In this document: in pieces, positions 7,015 through 15,843 of the stretch
Layout of the letters: each line of letters starts with the position of its first letter
Numbering within the stretch: position 1 is the stretch's first letter
Assembly (NCBI GenBank): GCA_031550435.1
Contig: JAVBOO010000022.1
Location: forward strand, 5,418-69,417
Source of the DNA: Eubacteriales bacterium
Lineage (GTDB): Bacteria; Bacillota; Clostridia; Lachnospirales; WRAX01
Reading direction: 5' to 3'
DNA length: 64,000 nt
Notes under the pieces: model-generated
The model's database searches: none
The model's input: the letters and a program-made list of their open reading frames with translations, nothing else
What the model was told of the DNA's origin: nothing
Made by a program: the position numbers and the translations under genes

Positions 7015-9250
7015 TCATTAACTCCTCCTTTGAAAGCTGCGACAGCGCGATTTGATTGTAAACTTCGCAAGATTCGAGCAGGTCGCGGTGTTTGCCCGTA
7101 CCGACTATTTTTCCCTCGTCCAATACAATTATGTTGTCCGCGTCTTTAATCGTTCCTATTCTCTGCGCGACGATTATGACGGTTTTGTCCTTCATTTCTT
7201 TGTCCAGGGCTTCCCTGAGCTTTCTGTCCGTCTTGTAGTCAAGAGCGGAGAAGCTGTCGTCGAAAATCAGGATTTCGGGATCTTTTGCGAGCGCGCGCGC
7301 TATGGAAAGACGCTGTCTCTGTCCGCCGGACACGTTAACGCCGCCCTGAGAAATCGGCTCTTGAAATTTTTCTGATTTTTCGTTTATAAACTCTTCAGCC
7401 TGCGAAATACGCGCGGCTTTTTCCATAAGTTCATCCGTCATGTTTTCATCGGCGTACTTGATGTTTGATTCTATCGAACCCGAGAACAGCAAGGCTTTTT
7501 GCGGAACAAGACCGATAAGGCTTCGCAAATCGTGCTGCTTCATATCGCGGACGTTTACGCCGCCGACGGTTATGCTGCCTTCCGTGGAATCATAGAATCT
7601 GGGTATCAGGTTTATCAGCGTTGATTTACCGCAGCCGGTACTTCCTATAAGAGCGGTTGTGGTTCCGGGAGTCGCTTTGAAGCTTATGTTGTGAAGAACG
7701 TTTTCTTCTGCTCCGGGATATTTGAAAAAGACATCCTTAAATTCCACTACACCTTTTTTGCTCTTCTCGGGCAATTTTGCGGATTCCGGGTCGAGTATGG
7801 ATACCTTTGACTTTAGCACATCGTGTATTCGGTTCGCCGCGACCGTTGCTCGGGGAAGCATCATTGATATCATGGTCATCATGAGGAACGACATCATTAT
7901 TTGCATAGAGTACTGCAAGAACGCCATCATATCGCCGACCTGCATTATGCCTGCGTCGATATTGTGCGCCCCGAGCCAAATGATGACAAGTGATATACCG
8001 TTAAGCGTTATCATCATGATGGGCATCATAAACGAGAATACTTTGCCTATGAATAAACCGATTTTTGTGAGATCGGTATTAACGTCCTCAAAGCGCTTCT
8101 CTTCAGTCTCCTGATTCGAGAAAGCTCTTATAACGGGCATACCCGTAAGAGTTTCTCTTAATACAAGGTTCATCTTGTCTATAAGCTTTTGAGTAAGCTT
8201 GAATTTAGGCACGGCTACGACAAACATTACAATAACTATCGCGATAATAATTCCGACGCCTGCGGCAATAATCCACGACATGCTGTAGTCTGTGCTCAGC
8301 ACCTTAAAAACTCCGCCCGTTGCAAGTATCGGGGCGTATATTACAACGCGGAACAGCATCGGTATCATTTGCTGTATGAGCTGAACATCGTTTGTTGTAC
8401 GCGTTATAAGAGATGCTGTCGAAAAGCTGTCAAACTCCTTGCTGGAAAAACTTACGACTTTTTTGAAAACAGCGTCTCTGATGTTTCTTCCAAGACCGGC
8501 GCCTATACGTGAGGCAAGCAATGTTTCAAAAATAATCGCGAAAAGTATGAGTCCCGAAAAACCCAGCATGTTGAGACCGGATTTATAGATATAATTGTTT
8601 TGCATACTCTTGATATCTGCGCCGAGAGCGGCATATTCCTGCTTGACAAATGTCGTTCCCAACTGCGTCGCCGTTGCCTTGGGAAGGTTGACGAGCAGCT
8701 CGTCTGCCTTTTGTATCATAGCCGCCCTGGCTTCGGCCGGAAGGTTCGCGAGAACGACAAACGGGTCTACACCCTCGGGAAACATCGAAAAATCGAAATT
8801 CGCGCCGGAGGTAAACGAGTCGGCCGAGTCTTTGTTGTTCAAGGCATATACCATTATCATGCTCTTTGGCAGAGCGCTGCCCAGCTCATCTTTAACAGCC
8901 TTATCTTTTGTGTTAAGTATTAATGTTGGTTCGGTTTCGGCAAGGGGATATTTTTTTAGATACTTGCCGTAGTCGCCTTCGCTGAAATTGTCACGCGATA
9001 ACAAAATATAGTTATCACTGAAAAGCTTGACCGTTTCGTCGTTCATCAGCGTAAAAAGATGCTCCGCCTCCGTTACCCTGATAGCTTCGGGAACAGCGTT
9101 TTCTATGCCGCCCTGCGAGAGACCGACGCTGACCACCTTCGACATGTAGTCCGGCAGTGACAGCTCCCCGTACGCTTGGAGGCCCAGAAGGAGTATAGCG
9201 AGAATTGCGATTGGGATAAATGGTTTGAAAAATCCCTTTAGTTTGAACAA
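7007..9250 (-). CDS. ABC exporter, fused permease/ATPase (first subunit of pair 1) with a large extracytoplasmic insertion after TM1
   Basis: Walker A GSTGCGKST, signature VSGGQRQR, Walker B ILIFDDSFS. Start placed at TTG 9250 (GGAAGG 7 nt upstream), with GTG 9259 as an alternative. The ORF-track extension to 9454 reads through a repeat. Confidence 0.8.
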   Translation of the reverse strand: MFKLKGFFKPFIPIAILAILLLGLQAYGELSLPDYMSKVVSVGLSQGGIENAVPEAIRVTEAEHLFTLMNDETVKLFSDNYILLSRDNFSEGDYGKYLKKYPLAETEPTLILNTKDKAVKDELGSALPKSMIMVYALNNKDSADSFTSGANFDFSMFPEGVDPFVVLANLPAEARAAMIQKADELLVNLPKATATQLGTTFVKQEYAALGADIKSMQNNYIYKSGLNMLGFSGLILFAIIFETLLASRIGAGLGRNIRDAVFKKVVSFSSKEFDSFSTASLITRTTNDVQLIQQMIPMLFRVVIYAPILATGGVFKVLSTDYSMSWIIAAGVGIIIAIVIVMFVVAVPKFKLTQKLIDKMNLVLRETLTGMPVIRAFSNQETEEKRFEDVNTDLTKIGLFIGKVFSFMMPIMMITLNGISLVIIWLGAHNIDAGIMQVGDMMAFLQYSMQIMMSFLMMTMISMMLPRATVAANRIHDVLKSKVSILDPESAKLPEKSKKGVVEFKDVFFKYPGAEENVLHNISFKATPGTTTALIGSTGCGKSTLINLIPRFYDSTEGSITVGGVNVRDMKQHDLRSLIGLVPQKALLFSGSIESNIKYADENMTDELMEKAARISQAEEFINEKSEKFQEPISQGGVNVSGGQRQRLSIARALAKDPEILIFDDSFSALDYKTDRKLREALDKEMKDKTVIIVAQRIGTIKDADNIIVLDEGKIVGTGKHRDLLESCEVYNQIALSQLSKEELMNA

Positions 9251-9340
9251 ATGGTTCACCTTCCTTGTTTTTATACTCCGGCAAAAAAGCTGCGGACGCG
9301 GATTCGTGTGGATACCGATCAAATAACTTTTGACAGAAAT

Positions 9341-9454
9341 TCGGCTGCTTAAGTCCGCGTGTTTTAGTCCGCAACGCCCGCTTCGCGGTCTTGTGCGGAG
9401 CGAAACGCTTGCGGTTGGCAGCAAAGCGGCGCAACCGTTCGACTTAATCAGCAT
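9341..9454 (-). repeat. Module F copy, a ~114-bp nested-hairpin element
   Basis: Its reverse complement aligns with 30539-30651. Shared termini GCTGCTTAAGTC...GACTTAAGCAGC and core TCCGCACAAGACCGCGAAGCGGGCGTTGCGGA. Confidence 0.85.
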
Positions 9455-9667
9455 TTTTTTGTTAAACGTCAGCTCATTGCTAAAAAGGCTTCGGGCGTTT
9501 CGAATCGGGTCAATCAGTGCCTAAATGTTTGATTGCAGGGGTATTGATTTTGTTATATCGGCTATATGTATTGAAGTATTGCCGAGGCAGTAAAATATAC
9601 GCATACCGATTTCGTTTTGCTATATTACCACAGTAATATAAATGTGTCAATATGCTAATAAAAAATA

Positions 9668-9696
9668 TTGACGTGGTCATGCAACTGTGCTACAAT
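9668..9696 (+). promoter_or_regulatory. Promoter of the TetR gene
   Basis: TTGACG (9668-9673), a 17-nt spacer, then TACAAT (9691-9696). The predicted TSS is about 9703, so the mRNA is leaderless or nearly so. Confidence 0.6.
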
Positions 9697-9703
9697 GTAA
9701 TCG

Positions 9704-10378
9704 GTGAATAATATGAAAAGACCGGAAAACGAAACAAAGAGAAAGATTATAGACGTTGCCGTGAAGATGATTAAAGACGAAGGCTACGACAAAGTCACGA
9801 TAAACGACATTTGTAGAGCCGCCGGCGTTTCAAAGCATACGTTATATTATTATTTCAAATCTAAGGAAGAAATACTTAATTCATACGGCGAAGTTCCTCT
9901 CGGTGTCAGACATTTTGAGATCGAGAGGCTTGTTACCGCCGAAAACAGCTTCGAGAAGTTCTTTTTGACTTTTTCGTCTTTAATAGATTTCTTTTCGGAA
10001 ATGGGGCCCGAGCTTGCAAAAAAAACCATGGGCGCAAAATCGGAATTCAAAGTCAAATACTTCGGTGATATGTCTCAGGATCCGAGGGAAAGCTTTAAAC
10101 AGCTCCAAGTTTCGCTTATAGAACAGGCGCGAAAGGAGGGAAGCATCCGCAATAATTCCGACGCGGAGGCTCTTTACTATTGCGTAACCTCCGTTGTCAC
10201 GGGCATGATACATTTTTGGGTGCGCAACTCGGGAAAATTTGATATTAAAGACAACGTCAGGTATTTGCTCGAAATTGTTCTCGATGTACCGGAAAATCTC
10301 AGAAAATCAAACATTAAGACTTCGGATTTAAAATTTATGTATATGCACGGTCACGGAGGCTGCAACAGCAAGGATTAG
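9704..10378 (+). CDS. TetR/AcrR-family transcriptional regulator
   Basis: N-terminal HTH (KIIDVAVKMIKDEGYDKVTINDICRAAGVSKHTLYYYFKSKEEIL). Start ambiguous between GTG 9704 and ATG 9713. Confidence 0.85.
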   Translation: MNNMKRPENETKRKIIDVAVKMIKDEGYDKVTINDICRAAGVSKHTLYYYFKSKEEILNSYGEVPLGVRHFEIERLVTAENSFEKFFLTFSSLIDFFSEMGPELAKKTMGAKSEFKVKYFGDMSQDPRESFKQLQVSLIEQARKEGSIRNNSDAEALYYCVTSVVTGMIHFWVRNSGKFDIKDNVRYLLEIVLDVPENLRKSNIKTSDLKFMYMHGHGGCNSKD

Positions 10379-10562
10379 CGCCGACGTTCCTTATACCCTG
10401 CAGTTTCGGTATACAACCGGCAAATAATGAATAGCGTGAAAAATACATTTTCTTACAATATTGTTACAGCTATTGCCAAAAGCGTAAATTAAGTATAGAA
10501 TAAGCGAACGGATTGAAATAAAGCATGTACCCGGAAAAATTGTTTATAATCATTCTTTACGA

Positions 10563-10591
10563 TTGATTTTTACCGGGGCCGTTGATATAAT
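10563..10591 (+). promoter_or_regulatory. Promoter of the 17-codon mini-gene
   Basis: TTGATT (10563-10568), a 17-nt spacer, then TATAAT (10586-10591). Confidence 0.55.
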
Positions 10592-10622
10592 TGACATATC
10601 GGCAGTACAGGAGGATATTATT

Positions 10623-10676
10623 ATGTTAGTTACTGTATTTCATATTGTAAACGACAACCGTAAAATTAAACATTAA
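10623..10676 (+). CDS. 17-codon sORF (MLVTVFHIVNDNRKIKH)
   Basis: Perfect AGGAGG (10609-10614) 8 nt before the ATG. It has its own promoter and an intrinsic terminator 30 nt downstream. Too short for the ORF track. Confidence 0.35.
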   Translation: MLVTVFHIVNDNRKIKH

Positions 10677-10705
10677 TATTTTCCTATGTGAAACTCTGTA
10701 TATTT

Positions 10706-10738
10706 AAGCCGCAGGAGTTTTTCTTGCGGCTTTTTTAT
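10706..10738 (+). terminator. Intrinsic terminator after the mini-gene
   Basis: AAGCCGCA / TGCGGCTT stem followed by TTTTTTAT. Confidence 0.7.
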
Positions 10739-10987
10739 ATCCGTACGACATGACTGTAAAGCACTATTTTAAAGTCTGATATCGTACGAGATGCGCAGTC
10801 AGATAAGTTTAAAGTAAAATCGCGACTTTGAGGGTGTTTTCTCCGGAATACCTTCGTTACTCGCCGTCAGGCTTTACTTGTTTGATCATACCTTGCCGTT
10901 AACGGCTGCAACCGCAAGGCGCGTGAAAATAACGGCGTGTTTTATTAACGCCCTCACAGCAACCCGTCTTCGACCGGAGGTGAATAA

Positions 10988-12790
10988 ATGCTCTCATACA
11001 AGAGAATTATGAAGTTATTAAAAGGTTATAAGCGTATTTACGTTCTGGCGATGATTTGTGCGGTTTTTGCCGTAACATTTTATCTTGCGAGACCCGTAAT
11101 TTTCAAAATAACCATCGATTCTGTAATTGACAACAAAGAGCTCGACGCGAAGGGTATATATTTATATATCATCAACGCTTTGGGCGGAGTGCCCGCACTT
11201 AAGCAAAACGTATGGATTTGTGGTGTTGCCATTGTCACTACTATAGGGCTGTACTGTACGTTTTTGTTTTGCAGAGAAAGACTTGCGTCCGTTTCATCGG
11301 AAAGAGTCGCCAAAAATCTGAAAGACAACCTGTACAATCATATACAGCGCATGCCGTTTGACTACCACGTAAAGGCAAAGTCAGGCGATTTGATACAAAG
11401 ATGCACGTCGGACGTCGAGACTATCAGGAGATTTCTTTCGTCGCAGCTTATAACGATAGTCAGAATATTGCTGACGGTATTAATTTCGGGCTATGTTATG
11501 TTTACGACGAACATAAAAATGTCTATGGTCGCATTCGCGATAACACCGGTGCTTTTCTTGTTCTCATATATATTTTTCAAGCAAATAAAGACAAATTTCA
11601 AGAAATCCGACGAAGCAGAGGGCGAGCTGTCAACCGTTCTCCAGGAGAACTTGACTGCAGTCCGTGTTGTCAGAGCGTTCGGACGGCAGAAATACGAGCT
11701 GGATAAGTTTTCCCAAAAGAATAATACGCTTGCCAAGCTTAACACGAGGCTTGTTACCCTGCTTGCATGGTATTGGTCTCTGTCCGACTTGATTATATAC
11801 TCTCAGATATGCGCCGTTCTTCTTTTCGGTATCAATATGGTTAACAATGGAGAGATGACTGTCGGAACGATGATTATGTTCACATCGTACGAAGGAGCGA
11901 TACTGTGGCCGATAAGACAGCTCGGAAGAGTACTTTCCGACTTCGGCAAAATGCAGATTTCAGTCGAAAGAGTTTATGAGATACTGGACGCAAAAGAAGA
12001 GCCGGACGATGAGAATGCACAAAGACCGTCGCTCAAAGGAGACATAGTATTTGAAAACGTTTCGTTTGAGTACGATACGGATAAACCGGTTTTGAGCAAT
12101 GTGTCTTTTAAAATAAAAAACGGCGAAACTGTCGCTGTTTTAGGCACAACAGGCTCCGGAAAATCATCGCTCATGCTTTTGCTGCTCAGGCTTTACGACT
12201 ATAAGAGCGGCTCTGTCAGAATCAACGGAGTCGAGCTGAACAAGATAAACAAGAAGTGGCTTAGAGAAAATATTGGCATAGTATTGCAGGAGCCGTTTCT
12301 TTATTCAAAAACCATTGCCGAAAATATAAGGATGGCGGATTTCAACGCAACGGACGACGATATAAAACAAGCCGCCGAAACAGCTTGCGCACACGGGTTT
12401 ATAACCGAGTTTGAAAAAGGTTACGACATGCCCGTCGGCGAAAAAGGCGTAACGCTTTCGGGAGGTCAGAAACAAAGAGTCGCGATAGCGAGAACGCTTG
12501 TAAAACAAAGCTCGATACTGGTATTCGACGACTCGCTGAGCGCCGTTGACACAGAGACCGATATGCGCATACGCTCCGCTCTGGCGAAAAAGCAGAAAGA
12601 CGTTACCACGTTTATAATATCGCAGAGGATCACTACGCTTATGAGCGCCGACAAAATATTGGTTTTTGAAGACGGCTGCCTTACGGATATCGGCTCACAC
12701 AGCGAGCTGGTACAAAGAGAGGGTCTGTATTCGAGAATTTGGAATATCCAAAACATGCTCGAAGAGGACTTTGACAAGGAGGCGGTTTAA
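10988..12790 (+). CDS. ABC exporter, fused permease/ATPase (pair 2, subunit 1)
   Basis: 600 aa. Walker A GTTGSGKSS, signature LSGGQKQR, Walker B ILVFDDSLS. RBS GGAGGTG upstream. Confidence 0.9.
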   Translation: MLSYKRIMKLLKGYKRIYVLAMICAVFAVTFYLARPVIFKITIDSVIDNKELDAKGIYLYIINALGGVPALKQNVWICGVAIVTTIGLYCTFLFCRERLASVSSERVAKNLKDNLYNHIQRMPFDYHVKAKSGDLIQRCTSDVETIRRFLSSQLITIVRILLTVLISGYVMFTTNIKMSMVAFAITPVLFLFSYIFFKQIKTNFKKSDEAEGELSTVLQENLTAVRVVRAFGRQKYELDKFSQKNNTLAKLNTRLVTLLAWYWSLSDLIIYSQICAVLLFGINMVNNGEMTVGTMIMFTSYEGAILWPIRQLGRVLSDFGKMQISVERVYEILDAKEEPDDENAQRPSLKGDIVFENVSFEYDTDKPVLSNVSFKIKNGETVAVLGTTGSGKSSLMLLLLRLYDYKSGSVRINGVELNKINKKWLRENIGIVLQEPFLYSKTIAENIRMADFNATDDDIKQAAETACAHGFITEFEKGYDMPVGEKGVTLSGGQKQRVAIARTLVKQSSILVFDDSLSAVDTETDMRIRSALAKKQKDVTTFIISQRITTLMSADKILVFEDGCLTDIGSHSELVQREGLYSRIWNIQNMLEEDFDKEAV

Positions 12791-12791
12791 T

Positions 12792-14657
12792 TTGAACGAC
12801 TTTGAAGAACAAGACTATAACAAGGGGTTCGAGTTGAGCCTCTGGAAAAAAATGATAGGCTTCATGATGAGGCACAAAAAAGCAGTTGCGATGGTTATCG
12901 GTTCAAACGTTGTTATAGCCGTACTCGACCAGCTGATTCCGCTCTTGACAAAATTTGCTCTCGACAATTTTCTTTCGGAGAAGCATGATTTTTCCGCGAT
13001 GCCGTGGTTTATAGCGGCCTATGTCGGAATAATAATCGGATCGTTTTACTGCGTATATCTTTTCATAGCAAAAAGCGGTTTTCTTGAAGTAAACGTAGTC
13101 AGGGATATAAGAGAGCAAGGTTTCAAGCGTTTGCAGGAACTTTCGTTTTCGTATTACGATACGACGCATGTCGGCTGGATAATGGCGAGGATGACCGGTG
13201 ACGCTCAAAAAATAGGAGACGTTTTGTCTTGGGGCATACTCGACTTGCTTTTCAGCCTGTTTATAATCGTCTTCGCCGCAGTCGCGATGTTTATCGTGAA
13301 CGCGAAGCTGGCGCTTATAGTTCTGGCAGTCACCCCGGTTATGGCTCTTATAAGCTACTTTTTCGAAGTTAAGATTTTAAAACGTTACCGCGAATCCAGA
13401 AAGCTTAACTCGAAAATTACTTCCGCTTATAACGAGGGCATAAACGGCGCAAAAACGACGAAAACGCTCGTGAGAGAAGAAAGAAACTTCGGAGAGTTTA
13501 AAGCTCTGTCTTTGGATATGAAGCGCGCCACTCTAAAAGCCAGCATGCTTTCGTCCCTGCACTTTCCCGTCATCATGTTTTTGAGCAGCGTCGGACTCGG
13601 TGCGGTTGTTTGGGTCGGCGGTATACAGGTAATGGACGAGGTAATATCAATCGGCACGTTTTCGGCTTTTATCGCGTACGCGTTTAACATGATGGATCCG
13701 ATAATGAACATTGCTGCGGTTATCTCGGAATTGCAGTCGGCTCAGGCTTCCGCAGAAAGAACCATGACACTTCTGGAAACCGAGCCGGAAATAAAGGACA
13801 GCCCCGAAATAATCGAAGTTTACGGCGACGCTATTAATCCGAAGCCCGAAAATTGGCCCGAAATCAAGGGCGAAATCGAATTCAAAGACGTATGTTTCAA
13901 CTATAAGACGGGCGAAAAGGTACTCGAGAATTTTAACCTTAAAGTTAAGGCGGGAGAGAAAATCGCTCTTGTCGGAGAAACCGGTTCGGGCAAGAGTACG
14001 ATAGTAAATCTCGTGTGCAGATTTTACGAGCCGGTCAGCGGAAAAGTTCTGATCGACGGAGTCGACTACAGAGAACGTTCGCAGATATGGCTACAATCGA
14101 ACCTTGGCTATGTTTTGCAGACTCCTCATCTCTTCTCGGGAACGATAATGGAAAACATACGTTATTCTTATCTCAGCGCCACGGATGAAGAGGTAATCGA
14201 AGCCGCCAGGCTGGCAAACGCCTATGATTTTATTATGAAGTTTGATAAAGGTTTCTGTACAGATGTCGGAGAGGGCGGAAACAGGCTTTCAGCCGGAGAG
14301 AAGCAGCTTGTTTCCTTTGCGAGAGCAATACTGGGCAAGTCCAAGATATTTGTTCTCGACGAAGCGACATCCTCTATCGACACCGAAACCGAAGCAGAGA
14401 TACAAAAGGCCATCGAAAAAGTACTTGCGGGCAAAACAAGCTTTATAGTCGCCCACAGATTGTCAACCATACGTTCATGTGACCGCATACTTGTCATAGA
14501 GAACGGGAATATAATCGAGGACGGAACGCATAAGCAATTGCTGAGGCAAAAAGGCCATTACTACAACCTTTATACAAACCAATTTAAAGAAGAGGCGGAA
14601 ACAAGAATACTCGGTATTCATACCGAACGTCAGGGCGAGATGACAGCCGCCGTCTAG
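12792..14657 (+). CDS. ABC exporter, fused permease/ATPase (pair 2, subunit 2)
   Basis: TTG 12792 with AAGGAGG 7 nt upstream, one nt after the upstream stop. Walker A GETGSGKST, signature LSAGEKQL, Walker B IFVLDEATS. The ORF-track start at 12666 lies inside the previous gene. Confidence 0.9.
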   Translation: MNDFEEQDYNKGFELSLWKKMIGFMMRHKKAVAMVIGSNVVIAVLDQLIPLLTKFALDNFLSEKHDFSAMPWFIAAYVGIIIGSFYCVYLFIAKSGFLEVNVVRDIREQGFKRLQELSFSYYDTTHVGWIMARMTGDAQKIGDVLSWGILDLLFSLFIIVFAAVAMFIVNAKLALIVLAVTPVMALISYFFEVKILKRYRESRKLNSKITSAYNEGINGAKTTKTLVREERNFGEFKALSLDMKRATLKASMLSSLHFPVIMFLSSVGLGAVVWVGGIQVMDEVISIGTFSAFIAYAFNMMDPIMNIAAVISELQSAQASAERTMTLLETEPEIKDSPEIIEVYGDAINPKPENWPEIKGEIEFKDVCFNYKTGEKVLENFNLKVKAGEKIALVGETGSGKSTIVNLVCRFYEPVSGKVLIDGVDYRERSQIWLQSNLGYVLQTPHLFSGTIMENIRYSYLSATDEEVIEAARLANAYDFIMKFDKGFCTDVGEGGNRLSAGEKQLVSFARAILGKSKIFVLDEATSSIDTETEAEIQKAIEKVLAGKTSFIVAHRLSTIRSCDRILVIENGNIIEDGTHKQLLRQKGHYYNLYTNQFKEEAETRILGIHTERQGEMTAAV

Positions 14658-14680
14658 AACTGAACACGATTTAAGTATAT

Positions 14681-14740
14681 ATTGCCGCGGAAGTTAAATA
14701 CCGCATAAAATACTTACGCGGTTACTCGTGCCGAAGTAAT
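14681..14740 (+). repeat. Short derivative of the A-C-B element (module A fused directly to the GCCGAAGTAAT terminus)
   Basis: ATTGCCGCGGAAGTTAAATACCGCATAAAATACTTACGCGGTTACTCGTGCCGAAGTAAT. Confidence 0.85.
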
Positions 14741-14748
14741 ACACTGTG

Positions 14749-14786
14749 AACCGTACCATACCGTGATGTTTGGTACGGTTTTTTAT
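14749..14786 (+). terminator. Intrinsic terminator of ABC pair 2
   Basis: AACCGTACCA / TGGTACGGTT stem followed by TTTTTTATT. Confidence 0.8.
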
Positions 14787-14962
14787 TGCGCAGAGACTGT
14801 TTTATAGCATGAGCTTATGTCGAAAAATTGCCATGCGGTTTTCAGTTTAAAACGCGAAAGCGCCGTTTTCCAGTGTGTATCCCACCTTCTCAATCCGCCC
14901 GACGTGTTTTGTATGCAACTTTCAACACTTACGTGAATAAATGATTACATTTTAGGCAGAAT

Positions 14963-15174
14963 ATTACTGTGATACCATTGAGGCGACAGTTAAACCATTC
15001 ACTAGACTTGTCGCCTCAATCCTCCTTAGACTCACAGGGCCGGTATAAGGGGGCGATTAAACCGTATGGTTTAATCATTAACGATTCTATCACCCCCTTT
15101 ACCGGGCAAGAAGGGTTCAAGGGGAGACAAAACCGCATGGTTAATGCGGGCAAATTCAACCGTCAAACGGTAAT
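14963..15174 (+). repeat. Module D element, long form, with ATTACTG...CGGTAAT ends
   Basis: Hairpin TTGAGGCGACA...TGTCGCCTCAA, then GGTATAAGGGGG...CCCCCTTTACC enclosing GATTAAACC/GGTTTAATC. Related copies lie at 16631-16755 and 43081-43156. Confidence 0.8.
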
Positions 15175-15196
15175 AATTTGAAAGGAGCAAGCAATA

Positions 15197-15379
15197 ATGC
15201 CTATGCTTTCGCAAGTAGAACTCAACTCAATCAGGGAGACCGTAACATGCCATCAGGCGGTTGCCGCAAAGCTCAACGACTATGCCGGCAAATGCACTGA
15301 CCCTCAAGTTAAGCAAATGTTTACACAGGCGGCAACAGAAGCAACAAAGAGCGCCAAGAATTTAATATCAATGTTATAG
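15197..15379 (+). CDS. Small CotF-associated protein (putative spore coat component)
   Basis: 60 aa with AAAGGAG RBS. Helical and weakly Coat-F-like. Sits immediately upstream of a CotF-family gene. Confidence 0.45.
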   Translation: MPMLSQVELNSIRETVTCHQAVAAKLNDYAGKCTDPQVKQMFTQAATEATKSAKNLISML

Positions 15380-15390
15380 GAGGAAACGGC

Positions 15391-15660
15391 ATGCAAGAGA
15401 AAGATATGGTAATGGATATTTTAAGCGGGACAAAAGCCAGTATCGGCGGTTACGCGAAAATGATAACCGAATGTAACGACCAGCAACTTCGCCAGACCTA
15501 TCAGCAAATGAGGGACGGCGATGAAAAATTCCAGTATGACCTTTACAAACTCGCAGAGCAAAAAGGCTATTATATACCGGGACCCGATGCTTCGGCAGAG
15601 CAATGCACAAACATAAAACAGGCTCTTTCGCAAAACATGGAAACTCAGACAATGCTGTAA
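15391..15660 (+). CDS. Coat F domain spore coat protein
   Basis: 89 aa with AGGAGG RBS. Coat_F-like pattern (DMVMDILSGTKASIGGYAKMITECNDQQLRQTYQQM...KGYY). Confidence 0.7.
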   Translation: MQEKDMVMDILSGTKASIGGYAKMITECNDQQLRQTYQQMRDGDEKFQYDLYKLAEQKGYYIPGPDASAEQCTNIKQALSQNMETQTML

Positions 15661-15681
15661 AAACACGACCGAACCGCATTA

Positions 15682-15735
15682 AAAACAGGCTGTATCAAAA
15701 CGATTTTTAAAAATCGCGTAAATACAGCCTGTTTT
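15682..15735. terminator. Bidirectional terminator between convergent cotF-like and spoIIM genes
   Basis: 14-bp perfect arms AAAACAGGCTGTAT / ATACAGCCTGTTTT enclosing the palindrome CGATTTTTAAAAATCG. Confidence 0.7.
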
Positions 15736-15743
15736 ATTATTCG

Positions 15744-15815
15744 ATTACTTCTGTAACAAAATATAGCGAAAACGCTATATTCTGTTGTTCCCCCACTAAG
15801 ACGCAGATGCGCCGT
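15744..15815 (-). repeat. Truncated A-C-B element (terminus, module B hairpin and part of module C)
   Basis: ATTACTTCTGTAACAAAATATAGCGaaaaCGCTATATTCTGTTGTTCCCCCACTAAGACGCAGATGCGCC. Confidence 0.8.
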
Positions 15816-15843
15816 AACGCTTAAACCACACCCCCAACTAATC

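Noticed and set aside
9251-9454. N-terminal extension of the ABC exporter ORF (MLIKSNGCAALLP...)
   Set aside because: The extension is a translation of the module F repeat. The same peptide start appears in the unrelated ORF at 30661-30978. A TTG/GTG start with GGAAGG lies at 9250/9259, just before TM1.
12666-12791. ORF-track start of the fourth ABC gene inside the third
   Set aside because: A start at TTG 12792 with AAGGAGG, one nt after the upstream stop, gives a normal N-terminus. The 42 extra codons overlap the NBD of the upstream gene in another frame.
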